From Veleropilina oligotropha (Eukaryota), in NCBI GenBank assembly GCA_048128005.1, contig JBEUKZ010000111.1, forward strand, positions 372,001 to 416,294: a DNA stretch of 44,294 nt, given 5' to 3'. This document shows, piece after piece, positions 20,500 to 34,891 of the stretch (positions within the stretch are counted from its first letter, which is position 1; each line of letters starts with the position of its first letter). The translations under genes and the position numbers were made by a program. The notes under the pieces were generated by a model. It searched no databases and was not told the origin of the DNA. It saw only the letters and a program-made list of their open reading frames with translations.

Positions 20500-21600
20500 A
20501 TGCGTCTGATGTGTAAATGATTCCAAGACTGGATATAGGAAAAACACTATGATGACACACCAGAATATCGACGCATGATCACCTTGTCCGGGAAGTTGTT
20601 ACCAACATCATTGCCTGCTCTCCTGGATGACGCATCCATCAAAGATATCCGCGTTTTGGGAATTGAGAATAAACGCCTAACCCGTCGGCCACTGATGTCG
20701 TTATGGGTGCCCTACCTGGATATTTTTGGACAGCCTCCTGGCTCATATCTGTGCTTCTATGAAATGGCTATTGCATCTTCATGGAATATGCAGTGATCCT
20801 CTGGTACTTCGCGTACGATAAACAAAATTATGCTCTCTGTTTCTATATCTCCCTTGGTCAAATGACAAGACTTGATGAAGATCACTCTGTGAGTCACCAT
20901 CATGTCTTGGAAGGCAGATTATTAGTCACAATCATGGAGAAAAACACATTTGGCCTTATTCCTGTTGATCTGGTAGTTGGAGAAAGCTGTCGGTTGGGAC
21001 CCGAAGATTTGTAGTTTGTGGCCAACGACTGTGACAAAATGCTAATTCAAGGCAGAACATCGGAGCGCATTCATACGATAATAGGGTACTTTGGTGGAAG
21101 TAAAAAGGCCTTATTTTCCATATTTAGGTGCATCCCGAATACATACGGAAAACATGGATGTACAATATATAGTAGGTGTAAGACACAGTAACTGGATCAA
21201 ACCATTGTATAATAAATACTGTTGAACCGTGGATATTGTCCGGTTACGACACCCACTAATGTAGAAAAATCTGATGTTCGTCGTTTCAAGAATCGAAACA
21301 TGTCAGGTCCTTCTATGATCCCATGAAAGCGTTGCAAATAAAGAGTTTTGGCCGTCTCGAAGTATGGTCTAATCTAAATCAGTAACCAAAGATTGGCTAC
21401 CAATTCTTGAACACAAATGATCTTTCCCTCTGTCCGTTGCCTTGATCACAAACGAATTGTGGGCGCTCTGCAAAAAGGCAACCAAAGCAGCACTGGCGAG
21501 AAACACTGCAGCACGCGTGACCATGGGTCATCTTGTTGTTCATATCATGGAACTGCGAGAAATTCTGCCACCTTCTAGTTCATATAAAAGTGTCCGCTGA
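20500..21600 (+). pseudogene. Heavily decayed DNA-transposase relic (Academ-like)
   Basis: Fragments FAYDKQNYA..Y..QMTRL..H, FGLIPVD and a P-L-P..G.L.K..KAALA-like stretch near 21420-21500. Many disruptions. Confidence 0.45.
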
Positions 21601-23590
21601 AAACATGTACAAACATGAACGACAGTTACGCCATCACTATCGAATTGGTGGACGAAGGTTATTCCTTCTGTTCAATAACATGGGTCATGCGGATGTGTAC
21701 ATTATACCACTTATAAATATATTCGTAAAGTTATTTATCTCTCGAAGTATGACGTTATACATTTATACATTGTGAGCAATGAAACATTTAAGAATGTATG
21801 CAGATGTTTAGTTTAGTTTGTGACAGCCAAACACGATAATATTCACATACAGGATAGTTACCTTTGAAAGTTAATTTCACCGTGAAAGCTACAAGTTACA
21901 GATGTCCAGCAAGCAGTTATGAAATGTAGACATCGAAATCTACCAGGAATTTGTAATTATATTAAGTACCATCTGCATGGCACCACTAGATGAAAACTTG
22001 TCTAACGGCCCGTCGACTAATGTATAAGTGTCGGGTGCATTTATACATCGTCAATGAAAATCGAAATCGTGAATGGACTGGTGAAGATCGGGTCACGAGG
22101 AATATCTGGAAAAGGCTGACACACGCAAAAGAGCGAAGCACGATTTTCATCGAGCACGGAGTTTTGGAATTCATTTTCATAAGAACAGTCCCTGACATCA
22201 TCCACTACTCGATAACGTTACTTCAGCATTCAAGGATCTGTTGTCGATAGACAACAGACACAGCACTCACAGCCCAACAACGTTATGCTCGGGAGCCGAT
22301 ACTCAGTAGGGATGTGCTGCTGATCATTCTGAAAAATCAGAAATCCAAGGAATCCAGTGGTAGTAATATTACTAATATATCGCATTATTCATAAGCAGAT
22401 GCATGATGCTACAGCCTTTGCAGACGAACGAGAGCACTTGCAATACTAGATTTTGCTTGAAAGCAAACGAAATAATGTGCTTCCTCGACGTTTTTAAGCG
22501 GCGGCGTTCTGATTTTCGCGAACATTTCGACGCTTTTCAATAACAATTTCGGCGTATTTTATATATTAATAATGACAGGTTTATGGATATTCAAACGAGC
22601 ATTCAAGGATTCGCGCTAATGTCTTATATGTAAAACATTATCACGTTTCACATACCTCTTTCACGTATTCACTATTTATTTGAGAGACATTCACGTCTCA
22701 CGCAAATCTCTTTTTCACGGATTCACGCAATTTCTTTCAACGTTTCACGTTTTCACCTTCCTGATTATATCTAATCACGTTTTAACGCATATGTATATGA
22801 TAACAATTATAAACACGTTTTCACAATAATTTTATAAATATGCAACGTTAATATGTTAATTTAAATCTAAAATTGATTCGAAGCGTCAGAAAATGGCGGC
22901 CATTCTCGCGTATGAAATGAACACCGATTTCGCTCAAGTGCAAACTAGCCTGAACTGACATATAACTATAACTATCGATAGTTAAACTATCTAGAGCTAT
23001 AGATGCTATGGCGTACCTGAAGCTATGCACCTAATATTTCAACTAAATATTGGTCGTCAGTTGAAGTTGCATGTATTTCCCTTGATCGCTGCTATCGACG
23101 TTAAGATGATTGGAAGTGGCCATATGTGTATTTCGTAGTAAAAGGTCGGTACACACCACCAATGACCTTTTGTGATCTGCTATGCCATTGGTTGTTTCTA
23201 ATCCATTGATTAAATTATCCAATCAAAATTACACAGAATGTCATAAGTTACATGTTAATTATCGTTTTTATTAAACACTTTGTTGCTATGTAAAATGACC
23301 CGGATATATGATTAACTAGAGTTATCTCATATTGCGTGACACAGAGCGAGAGCATAGTTTCTAAGTATTAGATTAACAGCGAGCCATATTTCTGGTTTTT
23401 AAGTCGTAACCAAAGAATTTATTTTTTTAATTTATGTAATTTCGCTTTGATCTTGGATATTCGATATCTTTAAATCTTTAATTAAATTAGCAGAACGATT
23501 TTCTGGCTTCACCCACTGTAAGCCTCACAGAATGCGTGTAATTAACTTAAACTACACTAAAACTAGGGTATAGTAATCCGTTTTAACGAG

Positions 23591-24217
23591 TTGTTGTACA
23601 CGAGTTTAAAGAAGACGTGTTTAGTAAAACTATAGTTGAACATATAGGGACGATTCCTATGCTATAGTTTAACTAAATTGTAGTTTAGCAAAAATTAGAT
23701 GTTCAACAATAGATTTACTAAACACTACTTCTTTAAACTCGTGTACAACAACTTGTTTAAGCGAATTCCTATGCAAATTTAAAAGAAATGGTCTATTTAG
23801 TATAGACCTATATATGCCTAGTGCAGGCACAAACGCTCACAGTCGTGTACGCGTGCAAATAATTTGATACTGTGCTAATATGTTTGTATGTGTACGTGTA
23901 GGCATATATGTAGGTTGACTTGGTATTATTCGTCCCTCGTTACCGCCGATATGTGTCTGTGAAGTACTTCGGCAGCTCGAAAGTAGCGATTAAACACATG
24001 CTAAACTCGACATCGCAGAAGTTTAAATATTGCCGTGTTAAACTATGTGTTGAACAAGTTGTTTAACAAAACTAGAGAACAGGAATCGAGGTTAAGTTTA
24101 GCGTGAAGTTAGACAACTTGTAATTAACTTAAACTGGTGTTAATATAGCAAAGGAATCGGCCCATAATATTCGCTAAACTAAACTTCGGCTAAACTATAG
24201 CGTAGGAATCGGCCTTA
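23591..24217. mobile_element. Harbinger-type MITE with an overlapping inverted repeat
   Basis: ggacgattcctatgctatagttta (23649) pairs with taaactatagcgtaggaatcggcc (ending 24214). A further ~55-bp IR at 23591-23643 / 23699-23751. Confidence 0.55.
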
Positions 24218-26629
24218 TGTTATGTATACATGCGATAGATTACAATGCTACGAACTATTTCGGCGAAGTGATTTCGTGCCGAAATGTCAGGCATACACGT
24301 GATCGCACACAAAGAAAGATGGCAGCTTCTGTTAAGAGGTTACGCGATTATTTCTGGTAAGTTAGTATCCAATGACCATGCTGGGTATAACCGTTCCATT
24401 AGGCTGGTGAAACGATATCGGTGTTGTCATAGTAATGTCATTTAATGATTATTAACTATTATACATGATGTATGACTATTTGACTGCAATGTATCGAATG
24501 GATAGTAAACAAACGGTCGATTCGTTCCACGGCCGTTTCGGTATATCTGAAAACGAGATGAAAACCACAATCGTGTTGGGAGTAGGCCTATTTGTTGCTA
24601 TGACTACTTGAAATTTAAAATAATAATGAATTATAATATGTTGTAGGTGCTACCTAGAAACGAGCACTCAGATATGGCATATATACTATAATTATTAAAA
24701 GTAATTACGAAGTTTAAAACTAATATTTAATTTTATTAACACAAACATATTATTAATTCTTCCAACAGTTTGAACTAGTTTATTGACATATTTTATTGTC
24801 GCGATGTATCTTGAACTTTGACCTTTCCTTGGTCTGGCCTTTCTTTGAATCGATCGGTAAACTCTGCTCCACGAATTTACCGAATCATTCTCTCGTTGCC
24901 AAGACCACACTGAAGGAAGTCAGTGCAATGACGTCACCAGTCTTTACGCTAACGCTTATCCAAGATTTGACATTAACACTTTAGCGGAATTCATTATTTA
25001 TGACAGGCGCTCATATGCATGTTTATGTGCAAGCGATTTGCGCTTGACACTCTTGACAAATAAATAAAAAATACCTGGCATTCCTACCCATAAAGGAGCA
25101 TGCGCTTGGTTCAAATCAATCCCAGAATGCCTGTTTCCATCCATATTTTAACAACGGTAAGCCTATTCGATTTTGTTGAGAATTCATTATTTTCTACACA
25201 CATGTTAGCCAATAAGAGCTCGCACTTCGTGCTCGTTATCAATATTTGTTTCACATTAATTATAAAAATTATTATTTTATCAATGTCAGAGTATTAGGTG
25301 ACATCGTCATCCATATAGCCAATACCATGACTCATGTAGTCCAAAAATTGTTTTAGCAACCCATTAAATGAAAAACTTGAACCGTAAACTTTAAAGATGC
25401 TGAATCTACATTCGTATGATATTTTATATAAAAGAAAACTATAAATATGATATGGTATTCCTACATGATATGTTTTTATGACGAAGGAAAAGTTAAAATG
25501 CAACAAAAGGTGTTGCTAGTATTTAATAACCTCTTCAGCCGACGTGGTATTTTATTCGAGCGCGTCAATCCTCCGAAGCCATCTTAAATTATCTCATTTA
25601 TCCTTATTGGGTCAACCGTCACGTGGTCCCGTCGATTTGATTGACATCACAGAGCAAGCAAATGGAGTCGCAGTTAGGTCAGTGTTTATCGGTTCGATGA
25701 AATTGATGTATTGCTTTGAAACATATAGCTAGTTTCCCACAATTGTAGTATATGGCAGCAATACTAACATAATAACCATATTTATTTCACCAACTAATTA
25801 GGCCTATTGCGCACCGCGACATTGTAATGGCATGGGCATTCACTGTTTCCAGTGCTTCAGTTTGTTTACAAGTTGAAGTGGCCGCATCCAATTTTTCATT
25901 GATTGCGTTATTTGTTATTTCAAGTTTTTCGCATACATTCATTTTATAATCAGAAGCAGTCACAGTCGATAACGGCGGCCTGCCTCTATTGTTCTCTTGG
26001 CGACATCCGCCATGGAAACCAATATAAACAAAACTCAGACAAGGACGACCTAGAAATGACCCGGTATAAATAGATTGCGGGAGTGATTTTAGGGCGGAGC
26101 TAAGTGACGTGTTGATTCCGCCAAGCCGTCGTTCATTTCCGTACAAATCTCGTGTACAATCGGCTCGAATTATGAGCGCGCGCTCATAATTCAATAAAAC
26201 AATTTCAAATATTTATTACTAAGGGAAATGTTTTTTGGCCGTGTGTGGTAATCACTGAAACGTCCTAACGATATGCAATAAATCAATGCAGAAAGTGTAA
26301 GATAGAACAGCATTTATATACGTTTTAGCGATCTGAAGTAGATCCTGCATCTTTAAGAACACTTCTATGTCCACAAATACCAGTTTATTATATCCCCGAA
26401 ATTTAACATTTCCTACCCATAAAGGAGCATGCGCTTGGTTTGGTCAAATCAGCCGCCTCATTTTCATTAATGACATTAAAATGTATTTAATATTACTGCC
26501 AGTGTATCAGGTGACTTTCATAATCCGTACAACCATTAACAAAGCATTGCCATATATATATATGCCAAAATGTGCATTGAGCAAGGCATGTATATATAAT
26601 AAAGGAAAAACTTCATTCGTAATTTCTAA

Positions 26630-27062
26630 AGAGACTATTGCCCATAAATGTGCTCTTTCTTTTAAAAATAATAATAAACGCATTACACTTTTTGTGTATA
26701 ACATAAAAAGTTAGGAATTTTCAACACTCAACTTTCGTTAGTAATTTGCTATCGTTTAAATTAATCATGACTGAATATTTAAAAAATAATGAAATGCGGT
26801 CCGCGTTTAATTACCTCGCACGGAGGGCATTTCCAATTGACCTAGTTGGAGCACAGTTGCGTAGGTTTCTGCTCGTCAAGTAAGATAACTTTCTACTTGA
26901 CAATAACATATATATATTGCCCAGTTACAATAATAATTTCAATAAAATTCTATCATTTGATCATATATCGATCATATCTTCGCGAAATTTGTATACATTT
27001 GCAGGAACCGTGCGATAGAGGGTGATCGGCCATGCTACACAGTTACGAAAAGATCGCAATTT
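26630..27062. mobile_element. Degraded copy of the TTAA-flanked MITE at 43633-44076
   Basis: Colinear similarity from agagactattgccc to gaaaagatcgcaattta. The right TIR is truncated. Confidence 0.8.
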
Positions 27063-27171
27063 AGAAGTTGTCTCTTACCTTATATATATATGCATAATGA
27101 GATGATATCATTCGTCTGGACTCTTCAGTCTGCCAAATATATTTTTCAAAATGGCGTGGTCTCTTCAAACG

Positions 27172-27385
27172 GGGGGGGGGGGGGGTCAGCGTGGCTGACT
27201 GGATACGGTGCTGGCCTATTAAATGGGAGGTCACGGGTTCAAACCCCATGAATGCAGGGGATTTTTCCAATGATCGCTGCCTCAATTGCACACAGCACCA
27301 CTTCATTTCATCATTCAAAGTTGATTCACCCGATTTATAACTGAAATACTGTTGGTGTGGTCGTTAAACATCAATTCATCCATCT
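27172..27385 (+). mobile_element. tRNA-derived SINE with 13-bp TSD
   Basis: A box tggctgactgg, B box ggttcaaaccc, (CATC) tail. gtctcttcaaacg at 27159-27171 and 27386-27398. Confidence 0.85.
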
Positions 27386-27801
27386 GTCTCTTCAAACGTG
27401 AGTACCGTTACTGCAGAAGTGATATGGTGTCTAGTGAATTTCACTAGTCTGTCTTGTAGATGGCGTGGTCTCTTCAAACGTGAATACCGTTACTGCAGAC
27501 ATGATCTGGTGCCTAGTGAATTTCACTAGTCTGTCTTGTTGTCTATACGTAATTTTTCTAGGCAAGCTAGTAAAGTTTACTAGCTATTTCTTTCAGTTAA
27601 CCAATAATATAGACTTTGCGTATGCTGCTAGTTAATGATGTCTTATAAAAACAATTTTACCGAACTTTGTTTTTTCTTGTAGGGTGTTTTGATCTGATGG
27701 ATTATCTAACGCTATAATCGACTGATTGGAATCAGAGTATTCCAGACACAATATTTTGTTATAGAAACACCGAATCGTAACATTAATTTATCCATCAACA
27801 T

Positions 27802-28500
27802 ATGCAATTTGTAATCGCCAAAGTTCAAGCCATCATGAATTCTTCTATTTTCGATATAACTATCAACGACGCAAAGGGGCGACAACGTCATATTAATTCA
27901 CACGACCAGGATAAGCCGCACGAGTGTCGCTTGTGCAAAAACAAATATACCACATCGAGTCAACTCCAAGAGCATCTGCACATCCATGCTGAATATCGAT
28001 GTGGCTTATGCGACAAGACATTTGCGCGTTCAAGTAATCTTAAAGCTCATATGGTCGTTCATACAGGTGAGAGACGGCATCAGTGTCTTGTGTGTCATCA
28101 GACCTTTTCGCATGCATGGTATCTGAAGCCGCATATGCGAATCCACACTGGAGAAAAACCGTACGCATGCGCTGTGTGCGATCAGGCATTTTCACTTTCA
28201 AGTACTCTGACGAAACACATGGCAGTCCATACTAAGGAGAAGCCACATCAATGCGTTGTGTGCGAGAAAACATTTTCACAGGCAAGTACTTTGAAGCAGC
28301 ACCTACGTATCCATACTGGGGAGAAACCATATACATGCGTTGAGTGTATGCAGACGTTTTCGCACGTGTCTAATATGAACACGCACATGCGAACCCATAC
28401 TGGAGAGGAGCCGTACAAATGTCATGTGTGTAAAAATACTTTTTCACAATCAGGCAGTCTGAAGGCGCACATACGACTCCATACTGTAGAGACGCCATGA
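27802..28500 (+). CDS. C2H2 zinc-finger protein, 7 fingers
   Basis: Repeated CxxC..HxxxH with TGEKP-type linkers. Acceptor ttttttcttgtag near 27682. Remnant eighth finger after the stop. Confidence 0.85.
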   Translation: MQFVIAKVQAIMNSSIFDITINDAKGRQRHINSHDQDKPHECRLCKNKYTTSSQLQEHLHIHAEYRCGLCDKTFARSSNLKAHMVVHTGERRHQCLVCHQTFSHAWYLKPHMRIHTGEKPYACAVCDQAFSLSSTLTKHMAVHTKEKPHQCVVCEKTFSQASTLKQHLRIHTGEKPYTCVECMQTFSHVSNMNTHMRTHTGEEPYKCHVCKNTFSQSGSLKAHIRLHTVETP

Positions 28501-28754
28501 TAGTGTGTTGTATGTAATCAGACATTAGACAAGCGGGTCGTCTTAGGGTGAGCGTCCCAGTCGATAGGCCCTTTAATGTATTGTGTGTAATAATACATGT
28601 TCACGGCAAGTCATATTAGTGTTGAAACACATGCTAATTTTAGCAGAGAATAACATGTGTTCCGCAAACGATGTTTTTTTGAATAAATGACGGAGAAGGG
28701 CAAGTTTGCCATATCTTATATATCATTGTCATGTTATATTCTTGAAAAAGTGCA

Positions 28755-28963
28755 TAATACAATGTAATTAAAGGGAATAATACAATGTAATTAAAGGGAA
28801 TAATACAATATAATTAAAGGGAATAATACAATGTACTTAAATGGAATAATACAATGTGATTAAAGGGAATAATACAATGTAATTAAAGGGAATAATAAAA
28901 TGTAATTAAAGGGAATAATGCAATGTAATTAAAGGGAATAATACAATGTAATTAAAGGGAATA
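28755..28963. repeat. Minisatellite, 23-bp unit, about 9 copies
   Basis: aataatacaatgtaattaaaggg repeated head to tail with few substitutions. Confidence 0.95.
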
Positions 28964-29449
28964 AATATGCATGCTTACACGATTCAATTTCCCCAAATGT
29001 GCAATGCACGATATTGCAGACGCAACCTTATATTGTTGTAATGCAGGTTGTTATGTAATTGTATTGTGCAATATTATGACAGCGTTAATGAACTAATATA
29101 TTTTAAATTTTGACAACATAATTATAATGTTACAAGAACATATACTATCCAAATGATGAGGTGAATCCAGACACGTTGGGATAGGTTAATGAACACACAC
29201 CAACTAAATAAATCAATACGTCTTGTTTGTATAGCATTTTCCCGTTATTGAATTGAATACACACATGTAATGTAGTTTCACAGTAAATGATCCCCAGGAC
29301 CACGTATGTTGGACTTTCTCTACTTTGTTTTGTACATGATGCTACGATGAGCTCCACCCTACATGCACACACATTTGCATCCACGCTAATAATAAATTAT
29401 TAATACAAATAAATAAATTATAAATGTATATAGCGCTAGTATCTATAGC

Positions 29450-30021
29450 CACAGGGGCCCGTAACGTTGCTTATCGTTCGTCTGTTTCCGTTTGACGATT
29501 GGCGCAGTTCATTGTTATTATATAGTATAGCCAAGTGAGGACACTAAGGACGGGACACATGATGCATCATCCCGACATTTCACTGAATTATTTCATTTGT
29601 CAAATGATGTTGGTTCGAATAGTGACCAATGACCAGCGTGTGCTGCTCTCTACTCGATAACATGACGAATAAATTGCAAATTACGCGTATTTAACACTCG
29701 GCGTTGACACTATCGATAACTAGGTTGTTCAACAAACAATATATTGAAAAATGAACTTACATACCACTAGCAAACAATTACTAAGTCTCTCTTGTAAACA
29801 ACAACTAAATAAACGGGACACATATGATCCTTCTTCCCGAATTTGACATATTCGAACCAACATCTTTTGACAAATGAAATAATTCAGTGAAATGTCGGGA
29901 TAATGCATCATGTGTCCCGTCCTTAGTGTCCTCCCTTGTCTATATTATATAGTGGCAATGAACTGCGCCAATCGTCAATCGGAAACAGACGAACGATAAG
30001 CAACGCTTACGGGCCCCTGTG
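29450..30021. mobile_element. MITE with ~170-bp TIRs (P/hAT-like)
   Basis: 29450-29621 is the near-perfect reverse complement of 29849-30021. CA...TG ends. Flanks tatctatagc / tatctagc suggest an 8-bp TSD with TA slippage. Confidence 0.85.
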
Positions 30022-30389
30022 TATCTAGCAATGCTACTGAGTCAGTAGCGCTTTGAGTCCAAGTCGCGGAGAGTCCGGGTCATTTTATCCGACAGGAATA
30101 CTCGTAATGCCTATAATTGACATTGAAATATATGCAGTCAAGTATTTTCACCACATTTATACAATTTTTGATTTATTAATTTAACAAGGACATAACTTAT
30201 GTATTCAAAAACATCCACTGTCTTCTACCTCTTCTGAGATATACAGTAATAATTATTGTTTCTAATTTTAGTAATTATTTATAGTTATTAATGATCAAAG
30301 TTTAAGGGGACCACTGTTTGGTCTCCTTAATCCATCGGTCCCCTTAATGCATATATATAAGTATAACTGGGCCTAAGATTATAAAGGTC

Positions 30390-32466
30390 CGCTGAGTACG
30401 ATATCAGACTCTGGCGACTTTGGTTTTCTTTATTTTCGTCGTAGTTGTCCCACCAGAAAATAATGTGGACGACGTCTTGGTCGGTCTTTGGAATAAGCGG
30501 CAGTTCATAGCCATCTTCCGACAGTTTCCGCGCTAGTTATGCCTGTCCCGCTTCAATGGCCCTGATCGTATCATATTTGATACAGTGTCCGAATCTCGCC
30601 AAAATAGAGTCTGGGATTTTCTGGCCAGTTAGACTGTGTAAACCTGTTCCTAGCATGACATGTTTTTCAGTGAAAAGGAACCTCAGGAGTAACAAAATGT
30701 AATATCCCGTGCCACTGAATCTACAAATCGTTTGATTTCTGTTCCCGGGACATGGTGGTATTTCTTGTTATGTAGTACAACCAATATGAAATCGATGAGA
30801 TGACCAGGTGCCTTGCGATCCTGTCGCCGTAAAGCTTCGGTTGTTGGAGGTCAGGGCAGTGTTTCAACATTGCCAATTACTTCGTCCATTTCCCGCTGTA
30901 GAACCGCTGACACACGATCGAAGCACATGCGGTCATTATTCTTCACAAACACTTTGGCATCTACATTCGTGACGGACGTCAGACTAATGACCATTTGTAC
31001 AGAATGATAGTCCACTGTCACATACAGTAGCTGGTCTGGAAACAAAGTCTGCAATTTTTCTTTCACTTTGCCTCTACGACGACCGTCATCCGGATCAAAT
31101 CCGGACAGTTCGGTGAGCAGACGCAATGAAACGGATCTTCCATTATCAATTATGTTTTCCTGCACAAATTGCTTCAGTTCTTGAAGTTTGTCGGGGTTTG
31201 GTTGGATATCAGCTTCGGCCGCATCAATGAAGGTTGTTGGTTGACGATTGCTCGATATATTTCGTGTATAATCACGGAAACATTTATGGTGTAGCAGAAA
31301 TTATCGTGCTATGAGGTCTTGTCCTCGGATTTTTGTTAGCATTTCTTCGTTGCCGGATATTGACGCCGCATCAAGAACAGATTGGAATGCATTTTTCGTG
31401 ACCAACTGGGCAGGCATTTGTCTTTCGCCACCATGTTTAATAACATTTGGTGACAGGCATTTGGGATGCATGCAGTGTTTTGGAAACAGAATGGCGGTGG
31501 GAGCCACAATTTCACACCGTTTCTTTCGTGTACTCGGTGGAGTTTCAATTTCCATGTCCGCCCTTTCTTTTTGAAAACTGATATAGCCATCATATACTTT
31601 TTTTAACACGACTGGTGACATGTACTATAACATTCGTCAAAGGCAATAGGGATGCCCTTACCTTGTGGTTCATGGCTGTTGTCTCAGCTTAGCCGCTCTC
31701 TCGCATTCTTGGCTTCAAGGAGACAGTCATACTTTTCTCTTGTCAACGGCAACAAGTTATCGTCTTCCGTTCCAATTCCTTGATAATGCACTACACATTT
31801 CACACCCATTATAAATTCAGAAAATAATTATTCCAACTCGGCAGTCAATATAAGAATGAGGCTATATATCGGGGAGCTTACCGACACAGGAAATATGTAT
31901 GTTAATCATGCGCAACCGAAGTCGTGTCATACTTTGTCCAGATCGATTTTCCGCATCTTTCTGGTCGCTAGCTATTCATACCGATGATCGCTTTCACGTA
32001 TGTTTCTGGTTTGCATCTATTGCCTGAGACTTAAGGTGCTCATTTATAAATATATAAATATATAAATATTTTCTGCGTGCTTGTTACCAGGTAGCAATAT
32101 TAAAACCCCACCACTCACGAAAATTATGGAAGCGCATACAGTGGATTCGACTCTGATGACGTCACATGTTAATGTTATCGGATTATGACGTCATGGTTTA
32201 GGTTCCTAGCGATTCTAGAGGATGTTTTACTCATCTTAACACGATTATATTGAATTTATATGACAAAAAAATATTAATTTTCTCGTTCCGTTGATTTTAC
32301 CTTTTGCTGACCCTTGGTGATCTTTGACCTCCATTATCTCCGAAACGGCCCCTGACATGACTGATTACCTCCCAGATTCGAATTCCTGGGGAAAAATTCC
32401 ACTAGAAAAGTTAACTTAGATTTTGCCCCCACTCGGGTGGTAATGCCCCCTTCTCCCTCTGGCCTA
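30390..32466 (-). mobile_element. Internally deleted Academ-like DNA transposon relic
   Basis: DLIAR*FLLHHKCFRDYTR, KEKLQTLFPDQL, FVDSVARDI, KHVMLGTGLHSLTG, RFGHCIKYD and WDNYDE across frames. Candidate terminus 5'-TAGGCCAG at 32466. Confidence 0.6.
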
Positions 32467-33289
32467 CTGTGCGAATGTGGCAGTTTAGTCGAGGGCCTCT
32501 ATTTTTACGTGTATCCTCATAAGGATATTGTTGGATTTTATGCTAAAGTTAAATATATTTAATCGAAGTCGGTACATATTTTCGAATAACATACCCTATT
32601 TACTCGCCATTCGTTGTTTTGTAAGCGTCTGCTAGGTTGTATCTGCCACACTCGCCCCATAAACACAATTTTCCTCCGAGTCGGATACGGTCGCTTCTTC
32701 TTAGTCTTTTTCAAAATATTTAATGTTCAATACCGTAATTATGGTCCCGTCTCGGATTCGCGAAGTCAAATGTTCATTAAAAGATTCGTGTCGAAGTCAG
32801 AATTAAATATTTCACAGTCCCGCTGTTCGACGCCATTGTTTACAAGTCGATTGGAAATTCCTTCCTGTAGTGACGTTTCAAGATGGCGGACGAAGTAAAA
32901 TGGCGCGTTCATTGAAGAGTTCCAATTAGTCATTTCAGTTCAGTTTTAAAAAAATAACTAAATAACCAAATGTTATGAAACTACGCAAATAAATACTACA
33001 TGGTTCCATCTTTCGTGCCATATATACCATTACGTGTATTAAAGCAGATGTCATTGGGTCTTTAATGGTGTCGGTCTTTAGGACAGAGGGATAAAATTAT
33101 GGTCGTGACCCAAGCGAAAATATAGTACTTGGTGTACTTTTTAGTGCACTTCAGCTTGTAAATGGTCTAATTAGAAGGTGATAAATACACACGATATCCA
33201 TTTTTTCCTTATCTTGCCAACTGCAAACCACATTAAAAACGGAATCAGCATCGGCCCTCTACTCTTCAATGTATTTATTAACGACATAT

Positions 33290-34891
33290 TGCATAACAAA
33301 CTGCTTTAACTGGACTCCTTGACTCGTGGTATACACACGTAGATAGTAAATAATTTGTTGGTGTTGTTTTTTTGGATTTACGTAAGGCGTTTGACCTCGT
33401 GAACCACACTATTCTGATAAAAATGCTTCATATGTATGGTGTTTTGGTAATACACTAAATATATTCCAATCCTATCTCTCCAATAGTACACAATGTGTTT
33501 TAGTTAATATATGTATATCTGATCATATATCAGTAAATGTTGGAGTACCACAGGGCTCAATATTAGGACCATTATTGTTTTTACTGTATATAAATGACAT
33601 GCCACTTCACACATCACAATGTGAAACAGTTATGTTTGCTGATGACACTACCCTCCACACGTCAGCAAAAACTATTGGTGAACTGGAAAGAAAGCTAAAT
33701 AGCGATCTTACAAATGTGAACGATTGGTGTGAACAGAACAAAATGTGTCCAAATAATGACAAAACTAAATGTATGCTAATTACAGCTAGACAAAAGCGTC
33801 AGCACTTGCAATCTGATAGACTGGATTTGAAACTTGGTAATACCGGTATAGAAAATGTCGACTTCGAAAAACTACTAGGAATTATTATTCATAAGGACCT
33901 TTCGTGGGCTTTACAAGTTGACAATATTGCTAGATCGATTAAAAGTAAACTTTATCTCTTAGCCAGAATCAAGCCATTTTTACCTTTATGTGCAAGACGA
34001 CAGTTTTATAATAGTTTCATTTTACCTTATTTTGACTATTTGGGGTTCTTGTAGTCAGAATGATGTAAATCGATTGAACAGTTTGTTGAAGCGCGCAATG
34101 CGATTAATTATTGATTGCGACCCGGGTACATCGTCAAATTATATGTTTTTACGTTTGAAGTGGTATCCTCTGTCATACCGTTATAAATTCAACTTGGTTG
34201 TCTCTGTTAAAAAGGCTCTGATTGGACAATCACCTACATATTTAAAGGAAATGATATCACTAAATGCTTCGAACAGATCACTTAGAAATGTAAATGACAA
34301 AACATTAAATATTCCTTTTGCAAGAACAGAGTTACTAAAAACGTCGTTTAGGGTGATTGGACCGACATTATACAATGATCTCCCTATTCAAGTTAAAACA
34401 TGTGCTACGCTACAATCTTTTAAGCACGCTTGTTATGGATTTTATTTAAAAAAATTTAGGGAAGATTTTAATATTTAGGACATATGTTTTTAATAAATTG
34501 TGTATTATTATTTTATACAGTAAGTACTCTCATTATAATCACTTAACTTTGATCTTTTATAAGGATTCGTTATGTTAATACGATAACTCAAGAACTTTAT
34601 TATCTGCATATATGTATCTTAAAACTTTATTAACTGTATATATTTATATTTATTTAAGTACATTGTTTATATAATATGCATATTTTAATGTTTTTATAAT
34701 GTTTTTATCTGTTCTGAATCTCATTTGTATACACTCACTTAGATCACTACTTTATATATGATTTATTGTATTTTATTTTCATATATGTTATTTGTATATT
34801 TCAATTGTTTTAGCGCTCGACCCTTATGAAAATAGGCGCATACCTATAAGGTTATCGAGTTTAAATAAAGATTATTAATATTATTATTATT
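33290..34891 (+). mobile_element. 5'-truncated CR1/L2-group LINE (reverse transcriptase pseudogene)
   Basis: FLDLRKAFDLVNH, GVPQGSILGP, MFADDT, KLLGI. Frameshifts. AATAAA plus (TTA)n tail. Confidence 0.9.

Noticed and set aside
21533..26714. Assorted 60-135 aa ORFs in AT-rich DNA
   Set aside because: No recognisable domains, and several overlap repeats.
27180..27250. tRNA gene (also 35510-35580 on the minus strand)
   Set aside because: A and B boxes are present but continue into SINE bodies and tails, and the first has a TSD. No convincing cloverleaf.
28755..28963. CRISPR-like array
   Set aside because: Contiguous 23-bp units without spacers, no cas genes, eukaryotic context.
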